DNA of 50,740 bases, taken from assembly GCA_002633005.1 (NCBI GenBank), contig NMRA01000188.1:544464-595203 (forward strand). Direction: 5' to 3'. Positions 1 to 13,872 of the stretch are shown here, one piece after another (positions within the stretch are counted from its first letter, which is position 1; every line of letters begins with the position of its first letter). Source of the stretch: Phoronis australis (Eukaryota > Animalia > Phoronida). Below the pieces are notes generated by a model. The model was not told the DNA's origin. It made no database searches and worked only from the letters and a program-made list of their open reading frames with translations. Both the position numbers and the translations under genes were made by a program.

Positions 1-3000
1 ATCACACGTCACTTGTTAGCGACCTGGTATTTACCCCCTGTCTCTGTTCTTTCAGGTTACGATCATTCGTAGTTTGCTGTAACCAATAAACAGTGAAGAA
101 ATACTTGCGAGTTATTTTCTATGATCGTAACCGCTAATTAAACAATGGATTTAGAGACAAAAGAAACATGGCGGCTAGGGCGAATACCAAGCGCCATCTA
201 TATGTCATAATTCTCTAATCAATGCCCCCCTTCAAGGGCTGGGCCCTAAATATGAAAAGATCTATATTTTCAGAAAAATCAGCAAGTGCGAAGTAATTGA
301 TGTTATCTACCAGGGCATCAATTTTGATCATGTGATATACAATCTAGAGAAAAAACAAGAAAATAGAGCAATAATTGTCTCCGCTTTCCCTTGCTAGATC
401 AGAAGGGGTTGTGGAATAATCCAGTGATTTAATATACTCCGAAAAAGCTACGGTTTATGAATTTTCTCGATTTTTCGAAATACATGTGTGAATGATTAAG
501 TGCATGTTTACAAGTGCGTTTTGACACCCTCCCTGTATGCTGCAAAAACGGAGACCCTAACAACAATGTCCTGGCCAGTGCCTCAAAGGGTAAACCATGC
601 ACTGATACTGAGGTATCACTTGAAATGTTCTCTTGGCTTTTCTCTCTTATCCGTATTCGCAATCTTTCTTTTCTCGACTGTCCTCGGTCCCACGCCCAAT
701 GAGCTATATAAAGTTATATTTATCTCATTGCCCACGCCTATGTCGGTTGCCAAGGTTTAACCCTGACGCCTGCAAATTTTTGGGGGACACGTGCCCACCC
801 GTTCCCCAACCCCCTCCCGCTTCCTACGTTCCTGATTTCAACCAAGCCCTCCAATGTATCGTATTCATTTTTGAAAACTGCACGAACGTGCGTAATCAAT
901 GACAATCGAGGTTTGAAATGCCATGATTTGCCAATGAGTATAAATGTATAAAATTCTGCATCATTTTTCCTCGGTGAATATTCTTTTTTTGAAAAAAATG
1001 AGCAACTGGAAACAATACCGCAGCATCGATTCGTTTTCAAAAAAAAAACAGGCCAGAACCAACTATTCTTTTCAGTTTGTCTCCCTCTCGGTCAGAGGTT
1101 ATCAGAAATGAATTCTGGCGACGCAACGGCCGCAGGAGACCAATACTGTGGAATCCCGCACCTTGTTAGCTTGTCCCGGCGGGTGATTTTACGCGCCGAC
1201 TTTAGGAATAACAAACAGTCAGATTTTTGCAAGCCCATAAATCCCTTCTCAGCTAACTATGGAACAAGACGAGACAAATTTCCAGCGGTAAGAAGTCCAA
1301 TTCACTCTAGTTCGCTTGTTTGTCGCAACACGGCGCGTTTTCTTAGACGCTTAAGAATTCCTAAGGCATCTTGGCGATTACAAATACTTCCCCGAATTCC
1401 ATACTGAACTTGATGCCGTGACTTCATGGGTCTGTCGCAGTTCGAAGCGTTTATTACGTCATCATACGCAATCAGTAAAGTCCATCTTTTCCGGCGTTGT
1501 TTCTTTGTCATTATAAACATTTCTTTATTTTTAGAACAAGAGCTCTCTATCTTGGTGACACCAGACAGGCTGTTTGAAAAAAGAACTTGAGTAGACCAAA
1601 AGTGACAAAAGAGTTGCGTAGGTGTTGAAGTAAGGACAATACTTGAGCGGAGATTGCGTTGAAGTAGAGTCTTAATAACAAGAACCGGAAGGAACTTTTT
1701 ATTGCAGTACGATGTGCAGGAGCTTCGCTAAATTGTGATCCATAAAAGTCAAAAGAATTTTGAAGACAAGTCGTATTGTTTCAAAATTTGGGCGTGTTGC
1801 GTCGTAACTTACGATAACTTTTTACAATTTGTGTTTCGTTTATATTTATGTAATACGGTTGCGTAAAGGCAAGCTATGTTTTAGAATACCTGAATTCACG
1901 CGAGTGTCAACATTGACTTACGTACTCGGCTGACACCTCGCTCAGTCAATGTAAAACACTTCCAAAATGTTAATTTACCGCCCCCTAAAAACGACTTGCA
2001 CCGCCATTTTCTAAAAAATTGTCATATAAAAACTACGCCTGCTGCTGATCAACTCCCGCGTACATTTTCTACGTTTTTCTTAAATTTTGGCATGTGGACA
2101 ACAACCTGCACGTACATATTTTATGTTGACAACCGCACGACGACATGGCAGTTTTATCATTCAATAAGCTTGCCACTGTAGCAAAAACAATCAATGTTAT
2201 AGATATAAACGTCACTTTTAGTTTTCTGTGTGCAAAATGTCCGAAGTTGACGTAATCTGAAATTTCTGGGGAGATACTTCGCCAGGGGCCTATGTCATGA
2301 AATGTGACGTAATACTAAGACAGCTAGATAGGTGGTCTCAAGCTCCACATTAACTATTTCTGAAAAAATAATTCATATTACATCAGCAAAAGAAATAAAG
2401 TATCTGAGAATACACACATAATTGTTAGTTACCGAGAAAACTTGTACAAAATAATTTTTTTCAGGCAGTGACGTGCCAATATAATTTCATGACTAAACAT
2501 TAAGTCAGAGCGTAAGACTAATTTTCTGTCTTAAAGAGGTAATGAACGCGAAATCTCGTCAAAATATCTTTTAAACAATTCCTGACAAAAGTACCATTTC
2601 GCAACGTCTACTGAAGAGTTCTTTACATCCTCTTGTGAGGGAATTTTGCAAAAAAATCACGATTTTTGACATATGCGCAAAGGAAAAACTCTGTAATGAC
2701 CACAGAATTTCTAATCTCCTTCCCATATGCGCCTATACATTCACCAGTTGTAGTGTTTTCGTTAAAACCGCTATTTATTCACAGATTGTTTTTTATGATT
2801 ACGCTTGTACACACAGTTCTCAAGGAAGTCGCTAGGTGACGCTTGCTACAAATTTTAATATTCACGTTTTAATGTGACACAGCCTCTTTAACCGAGCTGG
2901 CTGCTGCTTGAAGTCGCCATCGTATTGATCACGTCTAAGGTCAAAGGTCACATTTCCCATGCAAAGGAACTTTGCTAGTCTAGTCTATGCCAAACCAAAT

Positions 3001-4792
3001 AATGCACGTGCTTTGCCTTGTGGGAGAAAAATAGATGAAGTGACGAGCAGTTGACATTTCGTTTTTCTTTGAAATTTGAAACTAAAAGAGAAATGCTTTG
3101 ACATCGACAAAAATTCAAATATTTTACCAACGAACCATTAAGATACCCGGGGAACAGGTTGAATTCTGTTTCAGTGGCAGATCCACTTAGAATTATACAA
3201 TTTAGTCTGTTCATCGTGCTCCAGGACTATTCAGTCACTTTTCATGAAACACAGCCCTGGCCCTGGTTGTACAACACTTGTAGAATGGGCGGCGCAGTAC
3301 TGAAACAAGTCCCCCCCCCTTCCAAGGCCCCTATGATGCGCCGCTCATGTGTATGTATGCTCATTGCGCTCTCACTACTGCACGAAGATTACCTGCACAC
3401 ACATTTAGAAATGCGCAGGCGCAAAGGGAATATATGGACGATACATGAGAAAGCTGTTTCTTTTTTTTCACGGCACACTACTTTTAAACATGTTCCGTAA
3501 CGACGAGCATACAAATGCTCTAAAATTTCTCCGAAATTCCTATGTTTAGTGTTTATATTCTTTTACTTTTAACCCAGGCCTTCTTGTTAAATGGCACAAA
3601 ACATGTTTCTGTAACCAACTTTGAAGTTCAGGGAATTGCAACAAATTCACAAACCAAAACGAAAACTTTGTTTGACAAATAAACAATTTTGTTGAAATCA
3701 TACTAGGAAAGATGTAACCTAGATAACCCGAATACAATAATCTTTCCATAGATGCATCACGCGCGGAAGACATTACTAACTGCTAAGGAAATGTGCTCCA
3801 CTGACGTCATAGGAGAATGAGTTTTCAATAAGATGACAAGAACATTTAAATCTGTTTGAGGAACTATCACTCGGTACGATAGCCTCAAATTTGATCTAAC
3901 GAAAATATTTGAAATAACTGAAAACTAACAATGTTCCTACAAAGTACTCATTACAAAACTATTATCACTTTATATTTTGGCTTTACAATGGTAACATTAG
4001 CAGTTCAAAATCAAACCGTGGAGAAGGTTATGAAGAAAGTGTAGCGCAACAAGGAGTCACAGCTTGAACTAAACAGACATGTTGCTTTTTCAGTGTTGAG
4101 CAGTTAAAGCTGTTAAATAGAAAGGGATTCACTATACGTTGACTATACTGGGAGCAAATTTGATCCCATCTTGCCAAATGTTGCTGCTACACACTAGGCA
4201 TTGCCTCATACATTCAATTACAACAACTCCGCATATTAAGCACAAGAAGCGAACATTTGATTTAGACCAGTAGCAGCTATGAAAAAATTGATCTCATTTT
4301 GTTAAATACGAAGTGTTTTCCGGGTTGGCAAAAACCAATAGTTTGTCTTTGAGATATGCGCGGCGTGAGAGAACTTGTAGAGCTTAGTCTCAAGCACTAA
4401 CGAACAGCCAGTTCTTTCGACCCTCAGATAACATCCCAGAACACTTTGATACCAATTTCATAACGGTAAGTGGTCTAGCTCAAAATATTTTTTTTTTAAC
4501 AGAAGGCGGATATATAACCCGTTCGTTAATATTTCCATCATAATAAACCACAACCAATCGGGACCAAGTCGAGCCAGCGCAAGGTCCAAGTTCAGTAACA
4601 CCTGAGAAAAAACGTGTGGCAGTGAGGGATAACAATTATTTGTTCATGTACAAAGTATAAAGAGACTCCACCTGCGGTCACAAAGCCCCTTTGACGCAAT
4701 GATCGAGACCACCAGGTCTCAAATTATTCCTTGCTCAGATTAACATTGATTTCTGAGGTTAGGAAGAACTCACGGCTATTACTTGCTTGAGA

Positions 4793-5047
4793 CCAGGGGC
4801 CTGTTCCAAGAAACTGACTTAAGTTTATTTTTGACTTAAGTTTAAGATTTGTCGAAACTTCCAAACATTGAAACTTCCTCATTCGGTAAGTTAGTCAAAA
4901 TTAACACAAAATTTATGTCAAACACTTAAGTCAAACTTAAGATCTCTGTCTTGAATTGGTTTTGAGACAAATTTAACTTTTATTTTAAAATTTACAAAGC
5001 TTTAAGATTTGTCTTAGCTAAGTCAGTTTTGTTGAAACGTGCCCATG
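4793..5047. mobile_element. MITE with about 30-bp imperfect TIRs (possibly PIF/Harbinger-type)
   Basis: ccaggggcctgttccaagaaactgacttaag ... ctaagtcagttttgttgaaacgtgcccatg, with an AT-rich interior rich in cttaag. Superfamily is a guess. Confidence 0.7.
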
Positions 5048-5161
5048 TTTTGTCAAGGTGAATCACTGAGCCGGATCCCAGGCGTAGCCCAGAAATCAAT
5101 TGTAGTCTAATTGAGGAACCGTTACGTACAGATCAGTTATTTTAATACTTAGTTCACCACT

Positions 5162-5927
5162 TCAGGTGAAATTCACCGGCGTTGAAGCCTCACATCCAGG
5201 ACAGTTCACGCAAACTTCACAATTGCAACGCTTACATGAATGCGAAGATGCCTCGAACATATAGTCGAACAGGCATGCACCGCGACGTTGTACGCCATAC
5301 AAACACAAGATGAACAAGGTACAGTCTGTCGGGTCAGGCCATGGGTCGCCCATGACACATATGCCTTGAGTAGTACTGGGCGTGGTCAGATTAAGAGGGG
5401 TAGTTAATGCCGGTGTAATGGTAGTGATGTCATCCTCTGTTGTTGATTTTTCGGTTGAGGATGTCGACCCATAGGTGGTCATTTTTGGTTTTGTTGTAGT
5501 TGGTAATACCGTGGAAGTTGTTGGTGACGTACTTGTAATTGTCACAGTGCTTTTAATAGTCGTGGATGGCGATGACACCTTCGTTGTAGGCCTACTAAAT
5601 GGAGAAGTGACACTTTCGGTTGACTGAACCTTAGTCTGTGTTATCTCCCTTGTTGTATGATTGACAGGCAGCGAAGACGACGACAGTCCATATGTGATGA
5701 CCTCAGTACTTGCCTTTGACGTTTTAAGACGTGTAACAGGAAGTGCATTGGGCACGACCATCTCTATACCAATACTGGCCACATCCACATTCAAGTCCTT
5801 GAACGCAGTACCATTGAGCACCCCGTCCATAAGCACACTGAGAGTGGTTTCCGTGCTCACTGGAATAATGCTGTTTAAAATCCTCTTCATAAAAGTTAGA
5901 ACAAACTTCACTATAAGGCTACCGTCC
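5162..5927 (-). CDS. Alternative terminal exon D (recent paralog of C): SEA C-half (DGSLIVKFVLTF), short mucin stalk, 1 CBM14-like domain; predicted isoform about 613 aa
   Basis: 249-aa ORF extended to acceptor cttgatgttgcag|G GAC GGT AGC CTT, phase 2. Intact frame to stop. Confidence 0.85.
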
Positions 5928-6914
5928 CTGCAACATCAAGATTAAACGTATACTTACACCGGGGATCGTATGACGATATAAGATTTGAGACTAAATGTTT
6001 CTATCTTTATCAAATCGTCTAATATTATGATAGGCGAAAATTTCAGTTATTAGAGTAAAAGAATTAAACAAGTTTAATTAACGAACGAATTTGTCTGTGA
6101 CTAATTATTCAGCAGAAGCGCCATAAATCATTGGAAAAATATGTTCGATGAATGAAACACTATTTGTCAAGTGGCATCGAAGTACAAGACGCAAGACGTA
6201 TTAGCATTGTTACGGTTCCTTCTGCGCATGGACAGCTTTACGAATCATGGAATACATACACTGAGCAACAAATGGTGTTCGTACTTTCCACAGTTAGTTT
6301 TTCTGTGCATGCTTAAGAGGAACTGTAACACCATGGTAGAGTCTCGCGGCGATGAAAATCTAACCACAAGATCTCGTTTAAAATAAACGGCAATATCTCG
6401 CGTAATTTAGCGAAGTCTTGGCTTTTAACGAGGCCCTAGCGATACTGAAAGCTATACGTGGAAACGTTCACCAACGTAAGACACTTGCGAGTCAAAGCTA
6501 GTGTGCTAGCATGAAGTGCTTAGATTGTGATGCATGTCGTTATTTTGCTCATCTCGCAAGAAACTTTGTCCTGCGGAAGGCATCCCTGTGCCTCTAAATA
6601 TAAAAGCAGCAAGATAACAGGTAGGCTTCACATGTCCAGATCTATCTAAATTAGAAAAGAAGTGTAGAGTTCTTTATTGAAGAAGTAGGAATAGTCTGCA
6701 ACAAACCACCAACTCTCATAAGTAGAAGTTCACGGAAGAAAAAATGCCATCTTCAATTGGTACAAGTAATTTTATTACAGTGCATGAAACATTTCTAGTT
6801 CAAATTAGAAATAATTAAACAAAAGTTTAATGTGGTTTATATTTGGAGGGCTCTGATCCATTTACAGTCTATCAATTCACTCGCACACGGGTGGATTTGG
6901 GGGGAAGGGGATTT

Positions 6915-7149
6915 CAGTGCCAGATCTACGTTTTCAGTAAGGGGGGGGGTTAGGATTCGAGCGAATCCGAGGCGTGTAGCGCCGAGGAGAAGGAAGGTTG
7001 GGAGAGGGTTTCCCTCCTCCCCTTGTAAGATTTTTTTGTGGTTTTTAGTAGCTAATTTCGTTTTTCTGGCGAAATATTTTTCAATTTTTATTTTTGGTCC
7101 TGTCCCGAGGGGGGGAAACCCCCTCAACCCCCCTGTAGATCCGCCTCTG
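6915..7149. mobile_element. Short TIR element inserted only in unit 1
   Basis: Ends cagtgccagatctac ... gtagatccgcctctg (imperfect 15-bp TIR) with subterminal G and C runs. Absent at the equivalent sites near 15630 and 18970. Confidence 0.75.
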
Positions 7150-9340
7150 GTTTCTTGATGTTATTCATTGAAATCCTGAAAGTTCTAGTTTTGGTAGCAC
7201 ATTATGCAAAACTTAAGTAATCTAGAACAGTCCCTAAAAGCATTAAGGAAAATAGTATGTGCATCAAAGTATCTCAGAATTTCGTTTAAATCCAATCAGC
7301 CAATTCTAATATATGCTTTTCCGAAATAATCCAAAATATGACATTTTTAAGCACAGTTATTTCATTCAAACAATCGTCATACATTTTTATTCATTGCCTT
7401 ACCATCAAGATATCAAAATAACAACGACATGAGTTGAAGGTTCGATGCCTTTGATCTTACAATAAATGCTTTGTGCTTCGTCTGCAGGGGTGCGTTCCGT
7501 ACAGGCATGAAACCCATGAAAAATAAAGATCGCGCGAGTGCATACATTACAAGCACGTGATCACAGTAGCTTAGTTTGCGCCGAAGTTTCTTGCCAAAAC
7601 GGAACACACCTCAGGTCTACTACTGTCAAATGACTTGCATTGAGGAAACAAGGGAATCGGGCAACCACGGAAGACCCTTGCCGTTTTCTTTAAACGTGGC
7701 TAAGATCATACAGCTACAAGCAAAATGGGTAATTGAATGTCAATTCTAAATATTTCAATCTGGTAGGGGACAGGAAAACGCGTTAAAGAATTTTAGACAG
7801 AATTAAATGTTTAAGTATGCACTAATGACGTATACAAACGGCATTAATTTTCCAGTAGAGCCATTTATCTTTTTCAGGCTTTCATTGGCCCGCATGCTGG
7901 ATCATCTTCCCGTCTGAGTAGGTATACGACTTTAGAGGACTTTGCACAGCGACAAAACCATCGTGCGAAGTTGCAATCATGTACAGTAATACGAGTATGA
8001 TTATGACGAAGTATGCATCATCGCTCAATACTGTAAAATGTAAAAGAACACCCCCAATACATTTCATAGAATTTGAGCCAGTTTTAGTACGTAACTTTTT
8101 ATTTTCATACTACAAAACGTCACCAATAATGGCAGCTAATTCAGGCCACAAATGCAAGAGCCAAAAAGAAATTCCCATGTGATTAAAGAATGGTCCAGGG
8201 AAGCACAGCATCTTCATTTGTAGTGCAAGGACAACACGAATCTCATAGTCACAATGTAGATCCAAGTGAATCACAACATATTCGCGAGTTCAACGTTTTC
8301 ACGCGGTGACATCATTTGCGCGAATGAAGTAAAACCTGGACACAATAAAGTCATTGGTTTATTTGAATAATTTTTATTAACAATAACCTCAACAACGTGC
8401 CACATATTCTACAATACATCTCTGTTCACTGTGACCAACTGCGAATATGCTGCACCGAAACAAAATGCTTAAGTCGACGGATAGGTAAAATTTCATCTTA
8501 AGCCCCGTCAAATCGAATTCGCACCCAGTCTAAGAACATCCGCGCACGTTTCAATATCTCGAGGAAATGGCCAGGGGCGAGGCAAAATGAACAAGTCTGC
8601 ATGGGGAACAATCACGTACGCCTCCGTGGTTTCTACTAGAGCTTCCTTCCTCAATTTGTCAAGATCCTACTGTGAACTGGGTTCGTGTGACCGCGCCAGA
8701 AGAAAGATGTTCATCAGAATACTGACGCTACACTAACTATAACAATAATGATAATTATAAAAATAACAATGACGTGACGAGAATAGGGTTGCACGTTCCT
8801 GCAGGTAGACTTCACAATTACAAATACCGCTGTTACCAGTTCGTGCCACGCCGGATTGAAATTCTTTTCAACAGTAGCTTACGTCTTACAAACATATATT
8901 GATGAAAGCTTGCTAACACATAACAGTTTAGCTTCTATTAGTGTGATAAAAACACAAACCTTCGATTTGTATTTAAACCAATCATCGCCATAAATATGGC
9001 GCCAACCTGTTTCTTATAAAGACTAGAAAAGGGTTAGCTTATCACGGTGGGTTATTTTGAGCGCCAAGTATGTTCTCATCAAATAATGAACAGTGTCGTT
9101 TCTCTCCAGTTCGAGAAACCACATCTGACCTAAATAAAAAACAAGTTGAGACCAGCATTGCAAAGCTAAGTTGTCTAAATCAACACTTAGTTGGTGTAAG
9201 GCGGGTTTATAAGCCCCGCTGTAGGTTTTCGACCTCCCCACCACCAGTAATTAACAAAAATGAGACATTACCAATGAACGTTTTCTTCTAGAGTGTCACT
9301 GAACCCTGTTTCACATATCGACGACTATATCAAGTACATC

Positions 9341-10230
9341 AAAACTTGACGTCAGAGCAACAAACTTGGCGAAATAAATTTCGGCAAGAATGTTGCTCTG
9401 ACGTCAAGTTTTTTCCTTTTTTGTTTGATCGCACTCTACAGGTCGCATTTTTGACCGATTCCCACGAAATTTGCACACATCTCGTATCTCCGGAAGTGCT
9501 GGAAGCCTGTTGTATTTTGTCGTGATCGGTTAAAAAATGGCGGACGTGGTGGCCATTTTGTTTCCAATTTAAGATTCAAATGCTCATAGAAGCCCCCATT
9601 ATTTAAGCACACAACTGAAAATCGGCTAAAACACAGAACTAGACAAGCGCTATTATTCTGTAAGAAATCGCGAACTTTCGGTCAAAGATGGCGGAATTAT
9701 TGGCCATGGCGCATGAGCACTTCGATTCCAGGGTAAAAACGTTTTCTCCGGTAGATATATAGGACCAATTCCTTCGAATTTTTTCAGGTAAAAATTTCTT
9801 ATAACATGCTATTATTCAGAGCTAAAAAACCGAAAGTTGCTTTCAAGATGGCGGATCTGGCGCATGTTGACCCATTTTCAGTCGTGCTAGGGTGCCATTT
9901 TAAACGGGAGAAGAAAATGACGTGAATTTTTGCATATGGATTCTCTGAGGTATAATCTTTCAAACGAACTGCAACAATTTTTTCTCTGACTTACCGTTTT
10001 TGAGTTATTTGACGTTGAATTTCAAAAAATGCAAAATTTCAGTTTTTTCAAACAAATTACGGAATTTCGCACAACTAAGATCTAAGGTAGAGAGTTTTGA
10101 ACGGGCATTCAGAAGATGTTTTCCATTTTTCGCTAAGACGTCTACTTTTTGAATTATTCGAGATTTTCTGATAGCGCTGTTCCTTTGTTGAGCGCTCTTG
10201 CTGCATTGATGTTGGTTTACCTTTTATTGA
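9341..10230. mobile_element. Interspersed repeat starting with a 72-bp palindrome (Helentron/HINE-like, tentative)
   Basis: Palindrome at 9341-9412 followed by recurring aaaatggcgg/aagatggcgg motifs. Right boundary approximate. Confidence 0.45.
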
Positions 10231-12653
10231 ACAAGGCTGTAGCCTATTTCTTACTGATTTATGACATCTAATTTCGTCATATGAATGTTATGATGCTGTT
10301 CATCATCGCCACCATCATCATCATATTAGTCATCATCGTCATCATCTCCGTCCTCGTCTTTTCAGGTAATTTCGCCAAGTGTCGCTCAAGACTATCCCAT
10401 TTCTTACTGATTTCTGACCTCTACGTTCGTGGTATGAATGTTATCATTACTTATATTGTTCATTTATATGTCCAAACTTCTTTTAAATGTATCAGTTGTA
10501 GTGTTTTCTCTAACACCACAATTTATTTACGGATTGTTTTTTTTTCTGATTACGCTTGTACACACAGTTCTAAAGGAAATCGCAAGGTGACGCTTGCTAC
10601 AAATTTTAATATTCACTTTTTAATGGGACATAGTATCTTTAACCGAGATGGCTGCTGCTTGAAGTCGCCGTCGTATTGATCACGTCTAAGGCCAAAGGTC
10701 ACATTTCCCATGCAAGGGAAATTTGCTAGTTTAGTCTATGCCAAACCAAGTAAGGCCACGTGCTTTGCCTTGTGGGTGAAAACTACACGAAGTGACGAGC
10801 AGTTGACAGTTCGTTTTTCTTTGAAATTCGAAACTAAAAGAGAAATGCTTTGACATCGACAAAAATTCAAATATTTTACCAACCATTAAGATATCTGGTG
10901 AACAGGTTGAATTGTTTCAGTGGCAGAGATCGGCTAAGAATTATTCAATTTAGTCTGTTCATCGTGCTAAAGGACTATTCAGTTACTTTTCATGAAACAT
11001 AGCCCTGACCCTGGTTGTAAAACAATTGTAAAATGGGCGGGCAGTACTGAAACAAGTGCTCCCCCCCCCCCCCCNGCCCCCTGGTGCGCCGATCATGTGT
11101 AGGTATGCTCATTGCGTTCTCACTATTGCACGAAGATAACCGGCAAACACATTTAGAAATGCACAGGCGCAAAGGGAATATCTGGACGATACATGAGAAA
11201 TCTGTTTCTTTTTTTCACGGCACACTACTTTTAAACATGTTCCGTGACGCCGAGTATATAAATGCTCTAAATAGAAAGTTTTTATTTTTGAACACAGGCC
11301 TTCTTGTTAAATGGTACAAAACATGTTTCTGTAACCTAATTTGAAGTTCAGGGAATTGCAACAAATTCACAAACCAAAACGAAAACTTCGTTTGACAAAT
11401 GACAATTTTATTGAAATCATACTAGGACAGATGTAACCTAGATGTCGCGAATACAATAATCTTTCCATAGAGGCATCACACTTGGAAGACATTAATTCCT
11501 GCTAAGGAAATGTGCTCCACTGACGTCATAGGAGAATGAGTTTTCAATAAGATAACAAGAACATTTAAATCTGTTTGAGGAACTATCACTCGGTATGATA
11601 GTGTCAAATTTGATCCAACGAAAATATTTAAAATAACTGAAAACTAACAATATTCCTACAAATTACTCATTACAAAACTATTATCACTTTATATTTTGGC
11701 TTTACAATGGTAACAGTAGCAGTTCAAAATCAAACCGTGGAGACGGTTATGAAGAAAGTGTAGCGCAACAAGGAGTCACAGCTTGAACTAAAGAGAATAC
11801 GACACGTTGCTTTTTCAGTGTTGAGCAGTTAAAGCTGTTGAATAGAAAAGGATTCACTATACGTTGACTATACTCATGCAAGGCAGTCAAAAACTTCACC
11901 ATCAGCGTATTACTCAAAAACTACAAAAGACTGCGGTCTAACAAAGCGTCGTATCATGAGTTCTCGATCTACTCCAAAAATGTAACAAATAAATAGTAAA
12001 TGGGAGCAAATTTGATCCCATCTTGCCAAATGTTGCTGCTAGACACTAGGCATTGCCTCATACATGCAATTACAACAACTCCGCATATTAAGCACAAGAA
12101 GCGAACATTTGATTTAGACCAGTAGCAGCTATGAAAAAATTGATCTCAGACTGTTAAATACGAAGTGTTTTCCGGGTTGGCAAAGAACCGATAGTGCGCG
12201 GTGCAAAAACTGATGACACGTCGTGAGCGACGTGACAGAACACGTAGACCTTAGTTTCAAGCACTAAAGAACAGCCAGTTCTTTCGACCCTCAGATATCA
12301 TCGCAGAACAATTTGATATCAATCTCATAACGGTAAGTGGTCTAGCTCAAAACTTGTTTAACAGAAGGCGGATATATAACCCGTTCGTTAATATTCCCAT
12401 CATAATAAACCACAACCAATCGGGACCAAGTCGAGCCAGCGCAAGGTCCAAGTTCAGTAACACCTGAGGAAAACGTGTGGCAGTGAGGGATAACAATTAT
12501 TAGGTCATGTACAAAGTATAAAGAGACTCCACCTGCGGTCAAAAAGCCCCTTTGACGCAATGATCGAGACCGTCAGGTCTCAAATTATTCCTTGCTCAGA
12601 TTAACATTGATTTCTGGGGTTAGGAAGAACTCACGGCTATTACTTTCTTGAGA

Positions 12654-12909
12654 CCAGGGGCCCGTTCCAATAAACTGACTTAAGTTCATTTTTTACTTAA
12701 GTTTAAGATTTGTCGTAACATCCAAACATTGAAACTTCCTCATTCGGTAAGTTAGTCAAAATTAAGACAACATTTATGTCAAACATTTGACTCAAACTTA
12801 AGATTTCTTTCTTGAATTGGTTTTGAGACAAATTTAACTTTTATTTTAAAATTTACTAAGCTTTAAGATTTGTCTTAGCTAAGTCAGTTTTGTTGAAACG
12901 TGCCCCTGG
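12654..12909. mobile_element. Duplicated copy of the same MITE
   Basis: ccaggggcccgttccaataaactgacttaag ... ctaagtcagttttgttgaaacgtgcccctgg. Confidence 0.75.
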
Positions 12910-13112
12910 CTTGTCAAGGTGAATCACTGAGCCGGGTCCCATGCGTAGCCCAGAAATCATTTCTAGTCTAAGGGAGGAACCGTTACGTACAGATCAGTCT
13001 TATAAATGTAACAGTAAGTGCCGAGTCCAAATGAAACATGGACTTCTATTACAGGCAGAATGTGAATACACAGCTGCTTTAAATCAGACATTTTAATACT
13101 TAGTTCACCACT

Positions 13113-13872
13113 TCAGGTGAAATTCCCCCGCTTTGAAGCCTCGCAACCCGGACAGTTCCCGCAAACTTCACAGTTGCAACGCTTACATGAATGCGAAGAT
13201 GCCTCGAACATGAAGTTGGGCCGGCATGCACCGTGACGTTGTTTAACGCCATCCCAACACATGATGAACAAGGTACAGTCTGTCGGATCAGGCCATGGGT
13301 GGCTTATGACACATCTACCTTGAGTAGTAGTGGGCGTGGTCAGATTAAGAGGGGTAGTTAATGCCGGTGTAATGGTAGTGATGTCATCCTCTGTTGTTGA
13401 TTTTTCGGTTGAGGTTGTCGACCCATAGGTGGTCATTTTTGGTTTTGTTGTAGTTGGTAATACCGTGGAAGTTGTTGGTGACGTACTTGTAATTGTCACA
13501 GTGCTTTTAATAGTCGTGGATGGCGATGACACCTTCGTTGTAGGCCTACTAAATAGAGAAGTGACACTTTCGGTTGACTGAACCTTAGTCTGTGTTATCT
13601 CCCTTGTTGTATGATTGACAGGCAGCGAAGATGACGACAGTCCATATGTGGTGACGTCGGTACTTGCCGTTGACGTTTTAACAGGAAGTGCATTGGGCAC
13701 GACCATCTCTATACCAATACTGGCCACATCGACATTCAAGTCCTTGAACGCAGTACCATTGAGCACCCCGGCCATAAGCACACTGAGAGTGGTTTCCGTG
13801 CTCACTGGCATAATTCTGTTCAAATTCCTCTTCATAAAAGTTAGAACAAACTTCACTATAAGGCTACCTTCC
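13113..13872 (-). CDS. Alternative terminal exon C: SEA C-half (EGSLIVKFVLTF), short mucin stalk, 1 CBM14-like domain; predicted isoform about 611 aa
   Basis: 247-aa ORF extended to acceptor cttgatgtttcag|G GAA GGT AGC CTT, phase 2. Intact frame to stop. Confidence 0.85.

Larger units (their letters stand above)
2745..9337. repeat. Tandem segmental duplication unit 1 (contains exon D)
   Basis: Colinear and highly similar to 10493-17598 (e.g. cagttgtagtgttttc at both starts). Its right part also matches 18255-21132. Confidence 0.92.

Noticed and set aside
40-132. Plus-strand acceptor-like tctttcag, AATAAA at 85-90 and 12-bp inverted repeat (55-66/121-132)
   Set aside because: Could be the end of a neighbouring gene or repeat, but is too short and at the window edge.
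10281-10679. 132-aa ORF with hydrophobic N-terminus
   Set aside because: The hydrophobic run comes from a (CAT)n-like microsatellite, and the ORF crosses the duplication junction into non-coding sequence.
5162-13872. Exons C and D being only allelic copies from misassembly
   Set aside because: The unit 1/unit 2 junction (9337-10493) and the first 580 bp or so of unit 2 are gap-free, and the copies differ by several insertions. The N at 11075 leaves some residual doubt.
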